In this document: piece after piece, positions 29,982 to 39,376 of the stretch
Position numbering within the stretch: the first letter of the stretch is position 1
Layout: each line of letters opens with the position of its first letter
From: an uncultured bacterium
GTDB taxonomy: Bacteria > Krumholzibacteriota > Krumholzibacteriia > LZORAL124-64-63
Assembly (NCBI GenBank): GCA_963727525.1
Contig: CAVSGO010000008.1
Coordinates: forward strand, 160,001 to 224,000
Direction of reading: 5' to 3'
Length of the DNA: 64,000 bases
Notes under the pieces: generated by a model
Databases searched by the model: none
Told to the model about the DNA's origin: nothing
What the model saw: only the letters and a program-made list of their open reading frames with translations
Position numbers and translations under genes: made by a program

Positions 29982-30742
29982 CAGTGCACTCGCTTCATGT
30001 TTTGCTGGCTGAAGAAGCTGTCGTCCAGGGTCTGGTTCCACCAGGCGTCGGCGTAGGTCAACACCGTCCTGTGACCTGGCTTGTCCTTCGGGATCACCGT
30101 CAGAACGGTGGGGATCACGCGTTCGCCGAGCGTCTTGATCGCGGACATCTGCATCTCGTTGACGAGTGATCCGTCCTCGTCGAAGTAGCGGGCCAGCAGC
30201 TCGAGGTCGTCCTTCTTATCCACGTAGAGATCGACCTTGCCCCACACGACCGCCGCATCCGGGTGGGGAATCATCCGTATCTTCCAGCAGGCACGATCGG
30301 CGATGGTCGTGTCGCCGACCACGGAGTGGCTGTAGTCGGTGACGATCGACGCTTCCTTCACCAGGTCGTCGTTGGTGAAATCCGAGCCCATCCAGGCCTG
30401 CGACATCATCGACGGCGGGATCTTGATGACCCGTTCCACGCTCGGGATCCAGTTCCATACCTCGTGACCGAGCTTGAGGAAGGTCGTGCCCCGGTCGCGC
30501 GACGGCGATGTGACGAGAATGAGCGCCTCGTCGTCGCCCTTGCTCCAGGTGCGTAGCGTCATCTCGCGCGACCAGGTCGGACGGATGAGGGTCATCGTGT
30601 ATTCGGCGTAGCTCGTGTTCCCGCGCAGGTGCTGGTCGGCCCGCTTCACGATGGCGTCGGCGTCCATGGACCGGGCCTCCCGTGGTGCGGCCAGCGCGAG
30701 CAGTACGAGACCCAGGACGAGTGATCCATGCCGATGTCGCAT
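29981..30742 (-). CDS. LolA-like outer membrane lipoprotein-sorting protein
   Basis: Signal peptide; WMGSDFTNDDL motif. Confidence 0.88.
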   Translation of the reverse strand: MRHRHGSLVLGLVLLALAAPREARSMDADAIVKRADQHLRGNTSYAEYTMTLIRPTWSREMTLRTWSKGDDEALILVTSPSRDRGTTFLKLGHEVWNWIPSVERVIKIPPSMMSQAWMGSDFTNDDLVKEASIVTDYSHSVVGDTTIADRACWKIRMIPHPDAAVVWGKVDLYVDKKDDLELLARYFDEDGSLVNEMQMSAIKTLGERVIPTVLTVIPKDKPGHRTVLTYADAWWNQTLDDSFFSQQNMKRVH

Positions 30743-30753
30743 CCCATCTCTCC

Positions 30754-31359
30754 TCAGCGTGGCGTGGCGCCAGCGAGCAAGGCGTGCAGGAGGTAGTCGC
30801 GCACCTCGCGAGCCGCGGCCGGGTCGTCGAATGGCCCCGGACCCGGCCGATAGGCCGGGTGCAGGTAGTAGGCGTTGTCGAGCACCGAGTACGTGAGCCA
30901 GGTGGCCAGCTCGGCGTCGAGCGGTCGGAAGGTGCCGGCGCGGATACCCGCCTCGATGATCGCCTGGAGCACCGCGACGAGCGGGGCGAAGGGAAGATCC
31001 TTCGCGTGGGCGCTGAACGACGTCAGCAACTCGGCGTCCTGCATCAGGATCCGGAAGATCGGATGTTCGCGTCCGAGGCCGACGTAGGCGTCCAGGAACA
31101 CGTCAAACCGCGCGACGGCTCCCATGTCCGGGCGCGCGCCGTCGTGGACACGGATGACGATCTCGCCGGAATGGTGGAGAAGGAGCCGTCGCGCGAGGTC
31201 GACCTTGTCGGCGAAGAGCTCGTAGAAGGTGCGTTTCGATGCGCCCACGGCCCGGCAGATCTCCTCGACCGTCGTCTTGCGGAGTCCAAATCGCTCGAAC
31301 AGCGGCTCCGCAGCGGCGAAGAAGGCCAGGCGCCTGGTGTCGATATCGGAGGCCGCCAC
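30754..31359 (-). CDS. TetR/AcrR family regulator
   Basis: N-terminal HTH FERFGLRKTTVEEIC...SKRTFYELF.DK. Confidence 0.9.
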   Translation of the reverse strand: MAASDIDTRRLAFFAAAEPLFERFGLRKTTVEEICRAVGASKRTFYELFADKVDLARRLLLHHSGEIVIRVHDGARPDMGAVARFDVFLDAYVGLGREHPIFRILMQDAELLTSFSAHAKDLPFAPLVAVLQAIIEAGIRAGTFRPLDAELATWLTYSVLDNAYYLHPAYRPGPGPFDDPAAAREVRDYLLHALLAGATPR

Positions 31360-31440
31360 GGGTGCCCTTTCGGGTGGTTGGATTGGAAGAAACGATAAAA
31401 CGAATATAGTATAATCGTTCCAAGGCGCAACAGTTCTGAT

Positions 31441-32664
31441 GTGCCACGAAGAATGTTGACGGGTCCAGCGCTTGCCTGGGCCCGTCTTCATGAACACCAA
31501 AACCCTCACTTCATGCCCCTACGCTTCCTCCCCACTGCCCCAACCCTAACTGCAAATACCACAAGCCTCAGCCGCATTCCTGGCCCTTCGCGCTCTTCGG
31601 CACCTTCTCCCGAAAATCCCCGCCCTACACCGTCCAGCGCTACCTCTGCCTGGCCTGCGGCAGGACCTGCTCAGACCAGACCTTCCGCACCACATACTGG
31701 CTCAAACGCGCCGATCTCCTGCCCAAGGTCCATAAGCACGCCGTCTCTGGCGCCGCCAACCGCCAGATCGCCAGGCTCCTCGACACCTCGCCGACGACCG
31801 TCGACAACCTCCTCGCCCGCCTCGGCCGACACTGCATCCTCTTCCATCGACACCTGGTGTCCCAGGCGTCACCCTTCGTGGACATCGCCATCGACGGGCT
31901 CGTCACCTTCGAGCACTCCCAGTACTTCCCCTACGAGATCGTCACGGCCGTCGATCGCCCCTCCAGCTTCATCATCCACTTCGCCGAAGCCGAGCGGCGA
32001 CGCAGCGGGGCGATGACCGACGAGCAGAAATGGAAACGGTCCCTCTTTGAACAAAACTATGGCCGGCCGGACCCCAGGTCGTTGATGCGGGCGCTGCTCG
32101 AGGTGCTCTCGGTCTCGCTCGACGGCGCCACCGAGGCCCACATCTGGAGCGACAAGCACAAGACCTATCCCTACGCGATCGCGAAGCTACGGTATTGCAA
32201 GGTGATCCACGAGACGATCGACTCCCGTGAGCCGCGGACGAGTCGCAACCCGTTGTTCGAGGTCAACTTGCTGGACATGTTGCTGCGGCATTGTCTGAAA
32301 GACCACACGCGGGAGACGATCGCGTTCGGGAAGCGACGCCAGCATTCGATCTACCGGCTGGCGATCTTCCTGGTGTGGCGCAACACGATCAAGTTGCGTC
32401 GGGAGAAGCGGTGCTGGAGCACGCCGGCGATGCAGATCGGGATCGCCACGAAGCCCTTGACCGAGGAGGAGGTGTTGTCGCGGCGGCTGTTCGTGTCGCA
32501 TATCGAGTTGCCGCCGTTGTGGGATGACTACTACTGGCGACGGGTCGAGACGCGGCCATTGAAGGTGAACCGGAGGCACAAGCTGACGTACGCCGCGTAG
32601 TGAGAAAGTCGGGCCTGGCGGGCGAGATCCCGGTGCGAAGCCTCGTCAACATTCTTCTTGGCAC
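31441..32664 (+). mobile_element. IS1-like insertion sequence, copy 1
   Basis: 21-bp terminal inverted repeats with 1 mismatch (GTGCCACGAAGAATGTTGACG / CGTCAACATTCTTCTTGGCAC); near-identical copy at 46692. Confidence 0.9.
31490..32600 (+). pseudogene. IS1-like transposase, frameshifted near the 5' end
   Basis: Extra A at 31521 relative to copy 2 shifts the ATG-31490 frame into an early TAA. Confidence 0.75.
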
Positions 32665-32727
32665 AACCCGAAGAATGTGTGCGATCATGGATCCTGGATG
32701 CCGTTCCTCGAGCCGAAAGGAAGCCGC

Positions 32728-33726
32728 ATGTCCGCGACCCGATTTCGCGCTCTCATCGTCGAGGAAGTAGCCGAGAACCAGTTCACTCGGTCGCTCCGGG
32801 AGCGTACAATCAGCGATCTGCCCGAGGGCGACGTGCTCATCGCCGTCGCCTACTCGTCGCTAAACTACAAGGACGCGCTGTCGGCCACGGGGCATAAGGG
32901 CGTGACGCATCACTACCCGCACACGCCGGGGATCGACGCTGCGGGCACCGTCGCCGAGAGCCGCGATCCGCGGTTCGCACCGGGCGACGAGGTCATCGTC
33001 ACCGGCCATGACCTCGGCATGGATACGGACGGGGGATTCGGGCAGTACATCCGCGTGCCGGGCGACTGGATCGTGCGCCGTCCCGAGGATCTCACGCTTC
33101 AGGAAAGCATGGTGCTGGGCACGGCCGGATTCACGGCCGGGCTCGCGGTGCATCGTCTCACGGCCGACGTCGCGCCCGACCAGGGGGAGATCCTCGTCAA
33201 CGGTGCCACCGGTGGTGTGGGCTGCCTCAGCGTGGCGCTGCTCTCACGCCTGGGCTACAAGGTGGTGGCCGCCACGGGCAAGGCGAACGCGGCGGCGTTC
33301 CTGGCGCCGCTGGGCGGCCCTGCGCTCCTCTCGCGCGAGGAGGCGGTGGCCGGCGCACGGCGGCCTATTCTGCGGCCGCGCTGGGCCGGCGTCATCGACA
33401 CCGTGGGCGGCGAGCCCCTCGTGGCCGCGGTCAAGGCGACGCAGACTCATGGCCTCGTGGTGGCGTGCGGCAATGCGGCCGGCAACGACATTTTGCTGAA
33501 CGTCTTCCCCTTCATCCTGCGCGGCATCACGCTCGCGGGCATCGATTCCGCTACCTGCGTCAAGCCGTTGCGCCAGAAGATCTGGCAAAAGCTCGCCACC
33601 GACTGGAAACTCCCTACCCTCGACCACCTCCACCACGTGATCGGTCTCGACGGCCTCGAGGAGGCCATCGCCACCATCCTGCGCGGTGCGATGGAGGGGC
33701 GGGCGGTGGTGGATCTGAGCGCGTGA
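32728..33726 (+). CDS. YhdH/YhfP (AcuI-like) MDR oxidoreductase
   Basis: YSSLNYKDAL, GTAGFTAG, GATGGVG, PFILRG. Confidence 0.92.
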   Translation: MSATRFRALIVEEVAENQFTRSLRERTISDLPEGDVLIAVAYSSLNYKDALSATGHKGVTHHYPHTPGIDAAGTVAESRDPRFAPGDEVIVTGHDLGMDTDGGFGQYIRVPGDWIVRRPEDLTLQESMVLGTAGFTAGLAVHRLTADVAPDQGEILVNGATGGVGCLSVALLSRLGYKVVAATGKANAAAFLAPLGGPALLSREEAVAGARRPILRPRWAGVIDTVGGEPLVAAVKATQTHGLVVACGNAAGNDILLNVFPFILRGITLAGIDSATCVKPLRQKIWQKLATDWKLPTLDHLHHVIGLDGLEEAIATILRGAMEGRAVVDLSA

Positions 33727-34286
33727 CTGACGAGATCCGCTGGTTCGACACCCACTGGAGCCGCGTCGGCGCGGTCCTCGCGTGCGTGATGGTGGCGACG
33801 TTGCCCCTGGTGTTGCTGCACTGGGGGTCTGCGGCTGGGTCGATCCATATCGTCCTCATCGGCTACCTGCTGCACCAGGTCGAGGAACATACCGGCGACC
33901 GTTTCCGTCGCTTCGCCAACACCTTCGTGGGCCACGGCCGCGAGGTACTCACCCTGCGTGCCACGATGCTCATCAATGTCGTCGGGGTATGGGGCGGCTA
34001 TCTCGCCCTGATCCTGCTCACCCGGTACGTCGATCCCGGTTTCGGTCTCATCGGCGCCTACGCTGCGATCGTGAACGGTCTGGCGCACATCGCCGTGACC
34101 GCAGTGCGCCGCGTGTACAACCCGGGTTTCTGGACGTCGCTCGTCTTTCTCGTCCCCGCGGGCGCGTGGGCCTGGGTGGCGTGCAGCCGGGCGAACGGCC
34201 TTGGCCTCGCGGCCCACGCGATCGGCCTGGGCGTTGCGGTCCTGATCCACGTTGCCATCATCGGCTGGGTTCGCCACGCGCGATAG
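33723..34286 (+). CDS. HXXEE domain membrane protein
   Basis: HQVEEH and YNPG motifs, TM segments. Confidence 0.85.
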   Translation: MTDEIRWFDTHWSRVGAVLACVMVATLPLVLLHWGSAAGSIHIVLIGYLLHQVEEHTGDRFRRFANTFVGHGREVLTLRATMLINVVGVWGGYLALILLTRYVDPGFGLIGAYAAIVNGLAHIAVTAVRRVYNPGFWTSLVFLVPAGAWAWVACSRANGLGLAAHAIGLGVAVLIHVAIIGWVRHAR

Positions 34287-34313
34287 GTCGCACGGCGCCG
34301 TGGCCGAGACCTT

Positions 34314-36062
34314 TCATCGCACCACGATCACGCGGCCCGATACCGCAGTGCCTCCGGCGACGGCCCGTACGAGATACACACCGGCCGGTACGTCGCGGCC
34401 GGCGCCGTCGCGGCGATCCCAGGTGACGACGATGGTGCCGGCACCACGCGCCGCGCCGTGGAGGAGGGTGCGCACGTGGCGGCCGCGGACATCGAAGATC
34501 GCGAGGTCGAGAGCGTCGCCGTGCGGCACGGACAGGGACAGACGCGCGCGCGCCGCGTCCGGACCACCCAGTACCGTCAACGCGAGGTCGTGCGGAGACG
34601 ACACGCCATCCACCGCCGTCGCATCGCCGTCGCGCACGCGGTCGCAGTACACGTCAGGTTCGTAGAGGGAGTCGCGGTCGTCGGGCCAGGTCACGATGAT
34701 GCCGTCGGCGCCTCGGACGAGGTCGGGACGCTGCTGGTTGCCGGGTGCGACGCACACGGCCACACCATCGTCGGCCCATTGCGGCCGGCCGGCGTCGTCG
34801 ACGTGCTGGGCGTAGATGTCCTCGAGGCCTGTGCCGCTGCGGTTATCCTCCCAGGCCAGGAATGCGCCGCCGCTGCCGTCGGCCACGAGATCGACGTCGC
34901 GCTGGGCATCGAGGGCGGCACACACGGCGACACCGTTTAGCGCCCACGCCGGTGCGCCGGCGGCGGTGATCCGCTGGGCGTAGATGTTCAGGTTCCAGGG
35001 TGGGCCGCTGGCGTCGCGGTAGTCGAACCAGGCAACGACGGCACCACTCGCGCCGTCGGTATCCAGGGCGGGGCGATACTGCGACTCGGCGGCGGTACAC
35101 ACGGTGCTGCCGCCGGCCGTCCACCGTGGGGCGCCGTTCGCGGCGGCGAGCTTCTGGCCGTAGATGTCGGGCGAGCCACTGCGCCGGTCGACCCAGGCGA
35201 GGAGCACGTCGCCGTCCTCGGCCCGGCGTGCGGTGATGGCATCCTGACCGCCGCTGCCGGTCGCCACCGGTATGCCGTTCGCCGTCCACAGGGCCGTGCC
35301 CGCCGTGTCGAGGCGCTGAGCGTAGACGTCACCGACGTCGTCGCGCGCATCGCTCCAGGCCACGAACGCGCCGCCCTGGCCGTCGGCGCACACGGTGGGG
35401 CCGTCCTGGTCCCATGCGAAGGCGACGACCGGCAGGGACTGACCGCCGTTCCACAGCGGCTGGCCTCCGCCGTCGATGCGTTGCGCGTGGATGTCGTAGA
35501 ACACGGGATCGTCGTTCTTGTCCTGCCACACCACGATGAGTCCGTCGGCTCCGTCACGGCATGCGGTGGGCTGGTCTTCCATACCGGTGCGCGCCGCGAC
35601 CGCCACGCCATTCGTGGTCAGCAGCGCGTGGCCTCCGGCGTCGAGGTGCTGCACGTACACGTCGCGCGCCCGCGCGGCGAACGCGCGCTCGTCCTGCCAG
35701 ACGATCCAGGCGCCGCCGGTGCCGTCGGACACCAGCGGCGTGAAGCCGGTGGTACTCGTGGATGAGTGGTAGAGGGCCTGATCGCCCGCGGCCGTGCACA
35801 CCGGCACGCCGTCGGCCGTCCACAGCACCGTGCCGTTGGCGGCCACACGCTGGGCGTAGAGGTCGCGGTCGTCCGTGCGCTGGTCCTCCCAGGCCACGAT
35901 CGCCCCGCCGGCGCCGTCGGTGACGACGAACACGTCGCTCTTGGCGCCCTGTGCCAGGCTCACGGGTACGTTGACGGTGGGGTCGTCGGGCCAGGCAGCC
36001 AGGGCGGGCGCCACCAGGGCGAACACGAACAGCGCAAGGTTGGAGCGACGAGCGATGGACAT
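34314..36062 (-). CDS. Secreted repeat (probable beta-propeller) protein with FlgD-Ig C-terminus
   Basis: About 8 repeats DG.GGA...W.D.R....D.YAQ....G...W...G; C-terminal WDRRD..G..VPAGVY. Confidence 0.8.
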   Translation of the reverse strand: MSIARRSNLALFVFALVAPALAAWPDDPTVNVPVSLAQGAKSDVFVVTDGAGGAIVAWEDQRTDDRDLYAQRVAANGTVLWTADGVPVCTAAGDQALYHSSTSTTGFTPLVSDGTGGAWIVWQDERAFAARARDVYVQHLDAGGHALLTTNGVAVAARTGMEDQPTACRDGADGLIVVWQDKNDDPVFYDIHAQRIDGGGQPLWNGGQSLPVVAFAWDQDGPTVCADGQGGAFVAWSDARDDVGDVYAQRLDTAGTALWTANGIPVATGSGGQDAITARRAEDGDVLLAWVDRRSGSPDIYGQKLAAANGAPRWTAGGSTVCTAAESQYRPALDTDGASGAVVAWFDYRDASGPPWNLNIYAQRITAAGAPAWALNGVAVCAALDAQRDVDLVADGSGGAFLAWEDNRSGTGLEDIYAQHVDDAGRPQWADDGVAVCVAPGNQQRPDLVRGADGIIVTWPDDRDSLYEPDVYCDRVRDGDATAVDGVSSPHDLALTVLGGPDAARARLSLSVPHGDALDLAIFDVRGRHVRTLLHGAARGAGTIVVTWDRRDGAGRDVPAGVYLVRAVAGGTAVSGRVIVVR

Positions 36063-36179
36063 GGTGATCGACCTCGGGATCGCGGGACATCGAGCACGAA
36101 TGTCCATTGTACCACATCAGTGCCGGTCGTCGCGGTTCCGCCTACCGTGTCAGGCATCACCGCGAACGAGGAGATGGCC

Positions 36180-37544
36180 ATGGGCGTGATGATGCAAGCC
36201 TTTTACTGGGACTGCCACGTGTCCGAGAACCGGCGCGAGAAGTGGTGGCCGCACGTGACGAACCAGGTGCCGGCCCTCGCCCGGGCGGGATTCACCGGGC
36301 TGTGGTTGCCGCCCGCCAGCAAGGGCGACGCGCGGCTGGGCATGGGCTACGATCCGTTCGACTACTTCGATCTCGGCGAGTTCGATCAGCGCGGCGACGT
36401 GCCCACGGGCTTCGGCACCCGCACCGACCTCGAGGCGCTCATCGGCGAGGCCCACGCCCGCAATCTGCAGGTGTACGCAGACGTCGTGTACAATCATTGC
36501 AGCGGCGGGGCGCTCGAGCCCAATCCGGATATCGGCGGCGAGTACTGGACGCGCTTCGACCCGGCCAGCGACCGGTTTCCGCGCAACTACGCGTGCTTCC
36601 ATCCGAGCCGTTACGAGGCCCACGACCATCATCGGCGCTACGGCGGTTTTCCCGACCTCTGCCACCGCAATCCCGACGTCTACGGCTGGCTCCTGGAGCA
36701 CGCACGGTTCCTGGTGGAGGACGTGGGTTTCGACGGGTTCCGCTTCGACCTCGTCAACGGGTACGGCGCCTGGATCGTCGCGGCCGTGCTGGAGTACCTG
36801 TACCGTCCGCAGGACGGGCGACGCAACGCGAGCGTCGATGGCCGCGAGTACTTCCGGCCCTTCGGCTGCGGCGAATCGTGGTCGATGGCGGGCGACATCA
36901 CGCACTGGCTCGATACGGTGGATCCCCGCGGCGACACGCCCACGGCCGCCTTCGATTTCCCCATGCGCTATCGCCTGAAGGACCTCTGCGACCGCCCCGG
37001 CTATTCGCTCCGCGATCTCTCCGCACCGGGCGCCCTGTGCATCGACCGGCCGGAGCAAGCCGTCACCTTCGTCGACAACCACGATCTGCGCGGCGAGCCC
37101 AACCCGCCCATCATCAACGACAAGATGCTGGCCTACGCCGTCATTCTCACCCATCCCGGCTACCCGTGCGTGTTCTGGCAGGACTACTTCACCTACGATC
37201 TGGCCCTGCCCGGCGAACCCAGCGGCATCGACGCACTGGTCGCCGCGCACGAGCGCCACGCCGGCGGCGGCATGATCGTGCGCCACGCCGCCGACGATCT
37301 CTACCTCATGGAGCGCACCGGCTGGGGCGACCAGTCGGGCCTCGTCTTCGTGCTCAACAACCGCGGCGACAGCTGGCATGGCACCTGGATCCCCACGCAG
37401 CGCGCGGGGACGTACTGGGAACCGGTGGCCTGGCGCGGGCGCGCCGACCTGAATGCGCCCCAGGGCACGTGGAGCGGCGGTGAGGGGTGGGCACAGTTCT
37501 GGGCACCGCCCCGCGGATATGCCGTGTATGCACCGCGGACGTGA
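36180..37544 (+). CDS. Alpha-amylase, GH13
   Basis: MMQAFYW, MGYDPFDYFDLG, GFRFD, FVDNHD, GYPCVF. Confidence 0.9.
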   Translation: MGVMMQAFYWDCHVSENRREKWWPHVTNQVPALARAGFTGLWLPPASKGDARLGMGYDPFDYFDLGEFDQRGDVPTGFGTRTDLEALIGEAHARNLQVYADVVYNHCSGGALEPNPDIGGEYWTRFDPASDRFPRNYACFHPSRYEAHDHHRRYGGFPDLCHRNPDVYGWLLEHARFLVEDVGFDGFRFDLVNGYGAWIVAAVLEYLYRPQDGRRNASVDGREYFRPFGCGESWSMAGDITHWLDTVDPRGDTPTAAFDFPMRYRLKDLCDRPGYSLRDLSAPGALCIDRPEQAVTFVDNHDLRGEPNPPIINDKMLAYAVILTHPGYPCVFWQDYFTYDLALPGEPSGIDALVAAHERHAGGGMIVRHAADDLYLMERTGWGDQSGLVFVLNNRGDSWHGTWIPTQRAGTYWEPVAWRGRADLNAPQGTWSGGEGWAQFWAPPRGYAVYAPRT

Positions 37545-37601
37545 CAGAGCGGCGGGTCGTCGTCTAGTATGCGCGGCAACCGTCAGCTCCGGAGGACCTC
37601 G

Positions 37602-39317
37602 ATGCCGCGCAATATCCGCCGTAGGAGATCGCGCCGCCGCACCCCGCGCCAGTGGCTCTCCGAGCTGGCTGCCCTGAAGACGGACTTCGGTCCCGAGGCC
37701 TCGGTACGCAAGCGCGCCCTGCTCGCCGAAGCTGCGAGGACGACCCTCTCCAGCGCCGACGACGTGCTGCGGCTCCACGAGATCCTCTGTTTCTGGCGAG
37801 CCTATCCCGACGACCGCGAACTCCTCGTCCTGGTCGAGGGGCTGCTCGCTGATTTCGAGCAGCGCCGCGACCTGAAACGCCACCGCGACGAACTCGCCGA
37901 CACCGGCGTTGCCGGTACCGCCATCCACTACCCGTTCTTCATGCAGATGGCGCAATGGGTGGCCACGCGGTGGCCGGATCGGCTGCATGTCGACTGGTCC
38001 GAGGTGGAGGAGCCCGACAAGCTCGAAAAGGTGCTGAGTCTGCTGGCCCTGTACAGCGAGACGCCTGCGCTCGACGAGTACGCGTTTGCCGTGCCGCAGT
38101 GGCTGGAGCGCCTGAAGGGGCCTGACGAGACCGACGGCACGTTCCTGGCCCGGCGCATCGCCGATCTCGGGCTCGACACGTTCATGCACGAGTACTTCTA
38201 CGAGCACCTGCACCTGCCCATGCGTATCGCGCCGGGCGCCGGCGGGCCGTCGCGCACCCGGGCCAGACTGGCGGGTTTCCCCTTCGTGCCGCAGCGCGGG
38301 CCGCTCGAGGCCACGCGTCCTGACCTACCGGCGGCGCTCGGTCGCCAGCCCCGGCGGGTCGCCGCCGTCTCGCGGCAGCGCGGGCAGGCGATCATCGATC
38401 TCGCACGCGAGGCCATGGTCACGCGCAGCCGCGATCTCGATTGCTTCGCCTTCGGCGATCCGCGCGACGTGCGCCTGATCGACTGCGGCGACGGCCTCGT
38501 GTTCGCCGCCATCGGTCTGCTGCCCGAACGACGCCTGCTCTTCGAGTCCGTGTACGGTTTCCTCACCTTCAAGAACGGCGTGCCCATCGGCTACGTGCTC
38601 AACAGCGCGCTCATGGGTTCGGTGGAGGTGGCATACAATGTCTTCGAGACCTATCGCGGCGGCGAGGCGGCGCGTGTCTACGGCTGGCTGCTCGCGAGCC
38701 TGCGCCACCTGTTCCGTGCCGACACGTTCACCATCTACCCGTACCAGCTCGGCGGCGAGGGGAATGACGAGGGACTGCAGTCGGGCGCCTGGTGGTTCTA
38801 CCAGAAGCTCGGCTTCCGCGCGCGAGATCCGCAGGTCCTTGCGCTGATGGAGCGCGAGCTGACACGCATGCGGCGCGATCCGCGTCATCGCTCGAGCATC
38901 GCCACCCTGGAGAAGCTGGCGGCGCAGAATGTGTACTACCACCTCGGGCCGGAGCGTGACGACGTGATCGGCGTGCTCTCGCTGGCCGGCGTCGGGCTGC
39001 GCATCTCGGCTTACCTCGCGCAGCGCTTTGGTTCCGACCGCCGCCGGGGCGCGGCGGTTTGCGCCCGGGAAGCTGCCGCTGCTCTTGGCGTACGGCAAGG
39101 CTCCCGGTTCACCGCCGGCGAGCGCCTGGCCTGGACTCGCTGGGCGCCGCTGGTGCTCATCCTGCCGGGGCTGGCCCGCTGGTCGGATGCGGACAGGGCC
39201 GCGCTCGTGGAGGTGATCCGTGCCAAGGGTGGTCGGCGCGAGTCCGACTTCGTGGCGCGTTTCGACCGCCACACCCGACTGCGCGCTGCCGTGTGTCGCC
39301 TCGCCGTGGAGGAATGA
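37602..39317 (+). CDS. Conserved-looking hypothetical protein
   Basis: Long ORF with typical composition, RBS GGAGG; SGAWWFYQKLGF resembles a GNAT motif. Confidence 0.7.
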   Translation: MPRNIRRRRSRRRTPRQWLSELAALKTDFGPEASVRKRALLAEAARTTLSSADDVLRLHEILCFWRAYPDDRELLVLVEGLLADFEQRRDLKRHRDELADTGVAGTAIHYPFFMQMAQWVATRWPDRLHVDWSEVEEPDKLEKVLSLLALYSETPALDEYAFAVPQWLERLKGPDETDGTFLARRIADLGLDTFMHEYFYEHLHLPMRIAPGAGGPSRTRARLAGFPFVPQRGPLEATRPDLPAALGRQPRRVAAVSRQRGQAIIDLAREAMVTRSRDLDCFAFGDPRDVRLIDCGDGLVFAAIGLLPERRLLFESVYGFLTFKNGVPIGYVLNSALMGSVEVAYNVFETYRGGEAARVYGWLLASLRHLFRADTFTIYPYQLGGEGNDEGLQSGAWWFYQKLGFRARDPQVLALMERELTRMRRDPRHRSSIATLEKLAAQNVYYHLGPERDDVIGVLSLAGVGLRISAYLAQRFGSDRRRGAAVCAREAAAALGVRQGSRFTAGERLAWTRWAPLVLILPGLARWSDADRAALVEVIRAKGGRRESDFVARFDRHTRLRAAVCRLAVEE

Positions 39318-39376
39318 CGGTGGCGGGGGTGCGGGCCCTGGGCTAGAATGCGCCGGGCCCTGCCGAGGATGGAACC

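Noticed and set aside
31421-31432. CAAGGCGC in the copy 1 left flank also occurs in the copy 2 variable segment
   Set aside because: Only 8 bp, GC-rich, and it matches the non-cognate copy; compatible with chance.
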